From the NCBI GenBank assembly GCA_009914755.4, contig CP068257.2:37536001-37600000 (forward strand): a DNA stretch of 64,000 nucleotides, given 5' to 3'. The notes beneath the pieces were generated by a model that worked only from the letters and a program-made list of their open reading frames with translations, had not been told where the DNA came from and did no database searches. The translations under genes and the position numbers were made by a program. Numbering within the stretch: the first letter of the stretch is position 1; the number at the start of each line of letters is the position of its first letter. Below are positions 54,858-64,000 of the stretch, in pieces. This DNA comes from the human T2T-CHM13v2.0 reference genome, Homo sapiens.

Positions 54858-55737
54858 CTGCAAGGATATAAAAACAAAGTAGAATTACAAAATAGCCTTA
54901 AAAGTACTTAAGAAATAATTGTAATCATTGAGATCCCTTGCAATGTATTATATCACTGCTTATAGGTAATGGCTGTCACCCACTTCTTCTGTTTCCAACC
55001 CCCTTCCCTTAATGACATCTGGAAGTAAGAAGTATCAAATACATACCTCTCAGATGATAAGAAAGTAGTTTGAAGTCAAGCATCTATATTCAGGACTTGT
55101 GTCTATATGTCAGTGAATCTCAACTGTTTTTGCCTATTCTAACATCTGTATGTACAAACCCCAAAATATACCCTTCTCCCAAAGTTAGATGGGAAGTTGA
55201 ATGGTTTTAAGGCTGCTATTTAGGCTACAAAAGCGCTGTCTTTCTTTGGGGCAAGGGAACAAAAGCACTTTTATATACCCATCTCTGTCTGCAATCTGTT
55301 TTCAATGCCACCTAATTCTAAAAATGAAACAAAAATACCTTGCATCCAGTAGCAGAAAGTATAACCTAGAACGTTAATGCATATGAAAGATTTGTTTTAA
55401 CAATGTTTACAATTAAATAACATCAAATCTTAAATACTTTTGGATACAGCTATGTATGTACAGAACTACTCTATCCTCCTCCACGACTTTTCCTGAAAAT
55501 AAGTGCAAAAGTCTAATGCTCAAAACTTAAATATAATTCTTGTGCATGGCAGTGGATGGCGAAGACACTCCAATACCAGAAAACTTTTTTAAAAAGTATG
55601 TGAGATATACGAATTTCTTACATGCTTCTCATATACATATATATATGCTCACAAATGAATGTGAAATTTGTTATACTTAATCTGAAATGATCTTTGACAG
55701 TTATTTTCAGTATTTCATATATATAAATTTTATTCTG

Positions 55738-56029
55738 CCAGGCACAGTGGCTCATGCCTATAATCCCAGTACTTTGGGAGGCCGAGGCAGGCAGATCACT
55801 TGAGGTCAAGGGTTCAAGACTAGCTTGGCCAATATGGTGAAACCCCATCTCTACTAAAAATACAATAATTAGCCGGGCATGGTGGCGCAAGCCTGTAGTC
55901 CCAGCTACCCGGGAGGCTGAAGCAGGCAAATTGCTCAGGAGTTGGAGGTTGCAGTGAGCCAAGATCTCACCACTGCTCTCCAGCCTGGGCAACAGAGTGA
56001 GACAGGCTCAAAAAAAAAAAAGAAAAAAA

Positions 56030-56035
<6 letters not shown>
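55738..56035 (+). mobile_element. Alu
   Basis: gccaggcacagtggctcatgcctataatcccagtactttgggagg... followed by an A-rich tail. Confidence 0.85.

Positions 56036-56081
<46 letters not shown>
56035..56081. repeat. (CA)n dinucleotide microsatellite, about 23 units
   Basis: acacacac... run seeded in the Alu tail. Seen as CVCVCV in ORF 55967..56260. Confidence 0.95.
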
Positions 56082-56085
<4 letters not shown>

Positions 56086-56094
56086 AAACTCCAA

Positions 56095-56760
56095 AAACAA
56101 CAAGTGTTGGCAAGGATGTGAACAAACTGTGGCTTTTATACACTGCCAGCGGGAATGTAAAAAGGTGCAGCCAATATGGAAAACAGTGTAGTGGTTCCTG
56201 GAAAAGGTAAACATGAATTATCCCATGACCCAGCAATTCTACTCTTAGGTCTATACCCAAGGGAATTGAGCAGGGTTTCTGAGAGATACGTGTATTCCAA
56301 AATTTGCTGCAGCATTACTCGTAATGGTCAAGAAATAGAAACAGCCGAGCTGGCCATCGATAGATGAATGAATAAGATATGGTATAACCACACACTTTAA
56401 TATTATTCAGCCATAAAATGGAATAAAGTTCTGATACATGCTACAACATGCATAAGCCTTTAAGGCATTACACTAAGTGAAATAAATAAGCTGGACACAA
56501 AGGACAAATATGGTAAGATCTCAATTTTTATATGAAATTGTCTAGGACAGGCAAATTCAGACACCGAAAGTTAGAGGTTTCCAAGGACTGGGGGTGAGGG
56601 GAAATTACTGCTTGATGGTTACAGAGCTTCTGTGTGGAATGATGAAAAGGTTTTAGAAAGATTATAAACGATGTCACTGAATTGTACTCATAAAAATGGC
56701 TAAAATGGCAAATGTTATGTTATATATAGTTAACCATAGTTTTGAACAACTGACAATGTA
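56095..56760 (+). mobile_element. L1 3'-end fragment (old L1M/L1P-type)
   Basis: ggcaaggatgtgaacaaactgtggc...ccagcaattctactcttaggtatatacccaagg... is the conserved L1 ORF2 C-terminus / 3'UTR. Confidence 0.7.
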
Positions 56761-57174
56761 CTATACCAAAAACCACTGAACTATAAGCTTTCAATGGTGA
56801 ACTGTATGGTATGTGTCCTCAAACATGTATTTGAGGGGCACAGGGAAGACTTGAATGAAATTTATTTTGTCGCTGAAAAAAAACAGTCTTACAAATGGTG
56901 ACTTTGACAAAAATCCAAGCTTGGAAACGTTAGCCTTGAACGTTAAACTGATCCAGCAAGCAGTGTGGATCCTGAATCCAAGAAAGAGTTCTCAAATTGA
57001 GACCAGAGGCAGTAATGCAGGAGGAGTCTAATATTAAGTAATGACAGGGAAATGCAGTTAAAGCAAAACAGTTAAATGTCACTGATTGTAGACACCAAAA
57101 AATGTTGTAAGATCAAACAAGTATTTTACTTTAAATATGACTTTTTACAATTATTCAACACATGAGCTACCTGG

Positions 57175-57450
57175 AGTCTTGCTCTGTTGCCCAGGCTAGA
57201 GTGCAGTGGCATGATCTCAGCTCACTGCAACCTCTGCCTCCCAGGTTCAAGTGGCTCTCATGCCTCATTTCAAGCGGTTCTCATGCCTCGTGCCTATAGG
57301 TGGGATTACAGGCAAGCGCCAACACGGGCTAATTTTTTTATCTCTAGTAGAGAAGGGGGCTCACCATGTTGACCAGGCTGGTCTCGAACTCCTGACCTCA
57401 AGTGATCTGCCTACCTTGGCCTCCCAAATTCCAGGGATTACAGGCCTCAT
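57175..57450 (-). mobile_element. Alu
   Basis: Antisense Alu (gagtcttgctctgttgcccaggctagagtgcagtgg...). Confidence 0.85.
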
Positions 57451-58571
57451 CAAGTTTTGAAAAGTTACCCAATGTGTAACATGTTAACAAAACTTTAGTA
57501 ACCTTCTACTGAAACTGCATGCCCCAAAGAGTTAAAGAAGTCAATTAACAAAAATTCTTAAGTTTACAAAATGACAAAAAAAAAAAAAAGAAAGAAAGAA
57601 ACCCAACCTACTATAAAACACTAAAACTCCCTCTGCTTATGAGATAAGAAGAACTGGCTGAAACTGGTTAAAACCAGTATGGCCAAGTGGAGTCTGCAAA
57701 GAATGAGCCTGCTGACATCAGAGCCTGAATTTCCAGCATGCTTCACACTAACTTCCCCCAAATTTGCACACGCAACCCATCAGATAACATAAAGAAATAA
57801 CTATACATGCCCAAAGACTTTCCAGACCTCTCCTTTCCTTCCATTAATCACCTGCTAATCTCAGAATCCATGCCCTGAACCTTTTCTTTAAAAAAAAATA
57901 AAAAATAAAAATACTGCTTTAAAGCCAGCACCGGAGTCAGATTTGAAATTCACTCCTGTCTCCTTAGGAGTCAACTTTCAATATAAAGCTTATTCTCAAA
58001 AACCCAGTGTCACCACTTCACTTGAGTAGGCTAGAAAAAAAAAAAAAAGAAAAAGAAAAACCCTGTGTCATAATATTAGCTTCTAACACATCAAGCAAAG
58101 AGCCTCCACTGGCTCTGTAACATTATTTGTGGTCTTAATCTGATAGCTCATGTGTTCCTTCTTCAAATCCAAATGTTCTTATGCTGTCAGCAGTCTCACA
58201 ACCAGATTTTCCTTTTTACTTTTAATATTCTTACAGTCTCGATCTATGTTTCCAATCCACTTAAGATCCTTATACATACAAAACACAGAGACTCTTACTC
58301 TGTGTATCAAATTTGTTCACTTTCTATTGATGCCTACTCCCATTAATCCCCACTTGCTTATAAAATTTGAGGAGATTATGATAAACATCAACTGATGAAA
58401 GGCAAAAACTGAAGCTATATGAACAGTAGCAGAAGCTCTTTTCTTTATAATAGTCTTAATTTATTCACTTATCTTTAATGTTCTAACCTCTATTACACAG
58501 TGGAAAATTACACTGGAAAAAATTACTATTACATTGGAAAATTATCTACACAGATCAGGCAGTTTTTTTCA

Positions 58572-58745
<174 letters not shown>

Positions 58746-59323
58746 CTAGGTTTTAAACACAATATTTAATTCATAGATTCATTTCTTGCTTTTAGAAATG
58801 TAAATGCATCAGATCTCTAAAAAATGTGAAATGATGGAAGAGAGGAAAAGGTTAGAGGACTCTTAAAATTCATTAGTAATGTTTAAAAAGAGGTATAAAA
58901 ACAAAGAAAAGATAGAAATATACCAAAATGTTAATGTCTATTTATTGTTAGTGACACATGGGATGGTTTTATTTCCTGCTGTATGTACTCCAAGCATCCT
59001 ACAGTCACTCTGTGCTGTTATAATCCAACTTTTTTTATAAAGTCATCTTTCAATTTCCCTTTTTAAAGAGTGCAAACAGACACGTTTATCCAATTCACAG
59101 TTCTCCTAGTGCTGGGCCTACTTAGATAGAAATCTAAGTAGATCCATCCCACTGTTATGTAATACTGATTATCTAAGTCTAAATTCTTAAATGAGCTCAC
59201 AAGGGTGTCTATAAATTGAAGAAAACTATGTAAAAACAATACTTCTACCACTAACTTAGTGATAGGAGCAAAAAAGTTAACATAAAGCCTGGGTATCTTT
59301 CTCTTTAAAGTTTAATAACTCTA

Positions 59324-59527
<204 letters not shown>

Positions 59528-61263
59528 CTAAAAATACATTCACAGTCTTAAGAAAAATCACACTATTGGTGTAAGACTGTGGTAAAAATGTAACTGATCT
59601 ACTGTCTTCTATAAAAATACAATAATGTCATATATGTTGCTCTCAACACATTTTTCCAGAAATGAAATTTTTAAACTATGCATGAAACATAAGTTATTTT
59701 CATATAACTTAACCAATTTCAGAAATATTACAAAGTTAGCTATGAAAAGCATACTCTAACAAGAGCACATTATCTAGTGAAAGGCTATTCCATGACCTCT
59801 CACCTCCCAGGTTTATAATATTTGTTTTCGCAGAATATGAAGCACATCTGATAATATGATAGGCAGAATAATGGCCCCACCAAAGATGTCCACATCATAA
59901 TCCTCATAACCTATGACTATGTTGCCTTACATGAGAAAAGGTATTTTGCATTAAGGGTATAGACCTTGAGATGAAAGATTATCTTGAATTGATTGCTTGG
60001 ACCCAGTATAGCCACAAAAGTTATTATAAGAGGGAGGCAGAAAGGTCAGAGTCAGAGAGAGACTGAAAAATGCTACATTGTTGGCTTGAAAGATGGAACA
60101 AGGTGACCTGGAGCCAAGGTGAGGACACCCACTAGAAGCTGGAAAATGCACATAACTCTCCCTGGAGCTTCTGGCCACACCAAGACCATGATTCTGACCT
60201 AGAGACCCATGAAAACTTCTAATCTACAGAACTATCAGGTAATACATTTTTATTATTTAAGCAACTAAATTTGTCATTTGCTGCAGCAGACATAGCAAAT
60301 AAATACAAATACTAAACACTTGGGAGTCTAGAAATAAAATTAAACGAAAATGACTAATCAAATTAGAGTATTTTAGGTATAACTTTTCAGTGTTCTGGAA
60401 GGCAAGCACATGGTATAAATTAATATTTCATAAAAAGCTTAAATTTAAGGAGCATTTGGAGGAAATTTAAAATGATCTGGGCTAAAATGTCTTAAGCATT
60501 TTCATATTAATAACCTTTAATTTTAATTACTCTATATTTGAACTTCAAAGCCTGCCGATACTCCATTATGATTACCCACTTTCATAAACTTAGTTCCATA
60601 GACCCTTCTCCTTACCCCTCAACCTCATCATCCCAACATATCTCCATTGTTAAAAAAAGTTCAGTCACCAAATCCTAGTTAGTTTTCCCTAAAAAGGTGT
60701 CATAATTTTCCTTTCCTCTCCATTCCAAGCAAATATCCTTGACTAGGTACCCATCCTTCACCCTATATTCTTGGAATAAACTCCTAATTCATCTCCTTTA
60801 ATACACATCTTCTTATCCTTCAAATTGTATTATCTATTTTGGCTGTTCAATTGATTCTCTACTTTAAATGAAATCCTTGGATTTCAATATCACCATAATC
60901 TACCCCAATCATAACAGCCAGACACAGCCACTTTGATCACTTCAACATCCAACCTCTACACCAGTCAGGTGTAGTTCCCTTAACAGTCTATGGACATGCC
61001 ATGCCATATTTCTCTACTTTTTTTGTCTTTCCTGTGGTAGCCTCTATTTTTTGAATGGCCTCTTCTTACTCCATCTCACTCTGATAATACAGTACAAATT
61101 CCAACTCTCCCACTAAATCTTTCCAGTAATTTCTCCCATTTTGCTAATAAAATATTCAGTATCTACACTGATATAACTTTTCAAAGACAAAAACTAAAAT
61201 CCTGAATTGATTTTAAAACAAAGAAAAAGAAACTACAAAAGTCAACCATGCAGAGTAACTTAC

Positions 61264-61305
61264 TCTCCTTCTTCCAGAAGATGTTTTAGGAAGATCACTA
61301 TCATC
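61264..61305 (-). CDS. BRWD1: BRWD1-type 42-nt linker exon (DDSDLPKTSSGRRR)
   Basis: Acceptor ttattcctag|GAT; donor AGA|GTAAGT. The only frame joining the flanking exons without stops. Confidence 0.7.
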
Positions 61306-62078
61306 CTAGGAATAAAATCAGAGCACCTTAAGTATTTAGAGTCTCATTAGAAAATAATAACATAATCTTAATAAATAACATATCAAAGACATTTGGTATT
61401 ACCAGAGTTATAACATGTTATTATCAAAATCTCCAAAGAAAGACTACCAGATGATCTTTGTGGCACCCAGGCTTGAAAAAAAAAAATCATTCTTAATAAT
61501 CCTTTTTCATTCCCTAAGAACATGAACTAATTCTAAAATTTGAAATTACAGCTATAAAAAGACGCTTCATGCATTTCCTAAATAGAAAACTTGTGTTTTA
61601 CCTCTATCCACAAATCCCCAGAAACATACAGATTCCTATAGTTTCTGCATTTTGTGTTCTATAGTACAGGCATGCACTACCACCCCCATCTAACTTTTTT
61701 ATTTATTGTAGAGACAGGGTCTCAAACTCCTGGCTCAAGCAATCTTCCCATCTCAGCCTGCTAAAGCACTGGAATTACAGGTGTGAGCCACTGTGCCCAG
61801 CCTCCAAGGTACTTTATATAATACACCTTTCACTAGCTAAAATATAGAAAGAGAATATATTCCACACCTAAAGTTATTCACTTAGATATATTTTGATATT
61901 AGCTAAAACAAATTACCTCATAAATCATCTAGAAAATTCAAAAATATAATTTTATCAAATGCCCTATTTGTTCATTGGACTACTACAAGAGTTGGTACTA
62001 CAAAGCCAACATTTTCTTCACTTTAAAAATACCATTTGAAATTAACAAAAACCATTATAAAATCAACAAACTTCATAC

Positions 62079-62151
62079 CAAATCCTCAGCATTTTGCTCA
62101 TCATTTTCAGATGTGTTAGAAAGTTCTGAGATATTTGTACAGTGTTGATTC
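62079..62151 (-). CDS. BRWD1: BRWD1-type linker exon (K-NQHCTNISELSNTSENDEQNAEDL)
   Basis: Acceptor gttttttag|G; donor TTG|GTATGA. Phase 1 entry matches AA+G = Lys from the upstream exon. Confidence 0.7.
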
Positions 62152-63477
62152 CTAAAAAACAAATTTTCACTTTAATAGTATGCAGATGTAGTGACTTGTT
62201 GGCAAGGATTCAAATTATACATTAAAATATAAACAGTTCACCAACCTATACGTGCCTAATTTCAAACAGAGGAATATCAGGTTTTCCCCCAACCCTTTGT
62301 AAACATAACTAGCCATCTTAAATCCTAATTTAGAATCTTGAAGGTTTTTCTTGTTTTCCGTTAAGTATGTATCCAAATTAAGCAGGTAATCCAAAAATAA
62401 TATATGTATGGCCTCAATTGGATGAATACATGGATGAGTTTTTCTAAGTATCATCAATAGCAGTATTCACACAATAAGTACCAGGAAAACAGTTGATTTA
62501 AGGTAAAAAAAATATATATATATACATATATATATAAGGGAAAAAGGAATTGAAATTAAAGCAAATAGTATCTTACTGTACACACAGGAGAAAAAAAGAA
62601 TGCTGAAATATGGATATCTAAGCATAAAGGAGACAAAAATGGGTAGATAATTTTCCTGAAGTAAGAACAAGAAGGTGATTCTGGGGAGGAGGTAACTTAC
62701 GTATGAGTCTCCAAGACTTAGGACAGAATCAAACCAAGAAAGCTGACAAGAATCAGTTACTCCCCAGTTTTCAGCTAGATGCTGAAAACGATGGCACTGT
62801 TTCTAAATTAAGAATGCTCACTAGAATAGAGCAGACTAGAACCTGGGTCTGAATTTCCAAGTCAGTTTACATTCTTTGATTCTGAATACTTCTGAATTTA
62901 AGAAAATCTACAGAATATTCACACGTATACAAACATTTTCACAGGACATAATCTGAAACATTAAAACAACATAATCATGGGAAAATACCAAACAAAATCC
63001 AATTAAATATACTCTATAAAATAAGTAACATAACTATACTCTATAAAATAAGTAACATTCATAAAAATGATGAGGTGATAAAGACAAGAAAAAACTGAAG
63101 GAGACTAAGAAAACAAAACGCTAAATTTGATGGGGATTCTGGATTAGATTCTGAAACATAAAAGGGTGTAAAAACTAGTGAAATCCAAATAAATTCTACA
63201 CTTTCTGTCAATAGCATGGTACCAAGATTTTTTTTTTAACATTTCATAAGTATACCGTAGTTATATAAAATGTTAACCTAAGGGGAGACTAGATGAAAGG
63301 CAAATGGCAACTTTCTGGAGTATAAAATTATTTCAAAATTTTAAAAAGTTGAAAAACTGAATTATTCAGTTTCTCAGACTTTTACTTAAATTATGTATGT
63401 AAAGAAATGTCATCTAAAGTAAAGCATTAAAAAAGTATAGTTCTGAGTAAAAAACAAAACTAGATGATTTTTTTTTC

Positions 63478-63770
63478 CTTTTTTTTTTTTTTCTGGAGAC
63501 AGAGTTTTGCTCTTGTTACTCAGGCTGGAGTGCAATGGCACGATCCACACACGATTGGGCTCACTGTAACCACCACCTCCTGGGTTCAAGCAATTCTCCC
63601 ACCTCAGCCACCCGCCACCACGCCCGGCTAATTTTTGTATTTTTTTTAGTAGAGCCGGGGTTTCACCATGTTGGCTACGCTGGTCTCAAATGCCTGACCG
63701 CAAGTGATCTGACGGCCTTCGCTTCCCAAAGTGCTGGGATTAACAGGCATGAGCCACCACGCCCGGCAAA
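63478..63770 (-). mobile_element. Alu; also a free Alu monomer (-) at 61690-61803
   Basis: Poly-T then ggagacagagttttgctcttgttactcaggctggagtgcaatggc... Confidence 0.85.
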
Positions 63771-63833
63771 ACTAGATGATTGTTAATAGCACAATATGCA
63801 GTCACTTTTACACAACATCTATGAAATTACTTA

Positions 63834-63962
<129 letters not shown>

Positions 63963-64000
63963 TCAAAATAAAGTAGACAATTTAGGGCTTAGAAAATGAG

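Noticed and set aside
62701-62781. Open 27-codon frame (HLAENWGVTDSCQLSWFDSVLSLGDSY) on the minus strand ending in a perfect GTAAGT donor, with ttttcag acceptor
   Set aside because: Its phase (0) cannot join the downstream exon at 62151, which needs 2 nt + G. The exon at 63835-63960 already joins it correctly. The peptide has no bromodomain or tail-like character. It is most likely a chance pseudo-exon, though a rare frame-disrupting cryptic exon cannot be excluded.

Overview
This window is primate (almost certainly human) nuclear DNA, not a prokaryotic or accessory-element locus. Evidence for that: dense Alu, L1 and MaLR content, a hominid-specific SVA element, GT-AG introns and a CpG island.

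Two protein-coding genes lie on the minus strand, tail to head. PSMG1 (proteasome assembly chaperone 1, DSCR2) has all 7 coding exons at roughly 24.0-32.0 kb, with phases closing in frame to 288 aa. The 3' half of a BRWD1-type gene (bromodomain and WD-repeat protein; bromodomain 2, the end of bromodomain 1, the long Ser/Lys/Glu-rich tail and a roughly 3 kb terminal 3'UTR) occupies roughly 32.9-64 kb. A roughly 1.4 kb CpG island at 31.4-32.8 kb sits between them. This arrangement fits the chr21q22.2 Down-syndrome-region gene order PSMG1-BRWD1. Gene identities come from recalled protein sequence, not from a search.

The first 24 kb are intergenic and repeat-rich: a near-complete SVA, a 3.9 kb antisense L1, THE1/MST-type LTRs, several Alus and a frameshifted processed pseudogene of a PCBP (hnRNP E) gene.

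The most interesting structure not explained by standard annotation is a roughly 50-aa module (R-[RK]-C-A-x-x-A-A-N-K-I-K-[LI]-M-S ... [11 protein letters not shown][RK]-K-K-L-L) present once in each of three consecutive large BRWD1 3' exons, with an in-frame internal splice donor that predicts two alternative C-termini. I see nothing resembling a defence system, CRISPR array or operon.

All coordinates were derived by hand against the ORF track; treat exon ends as +/-2 nt.
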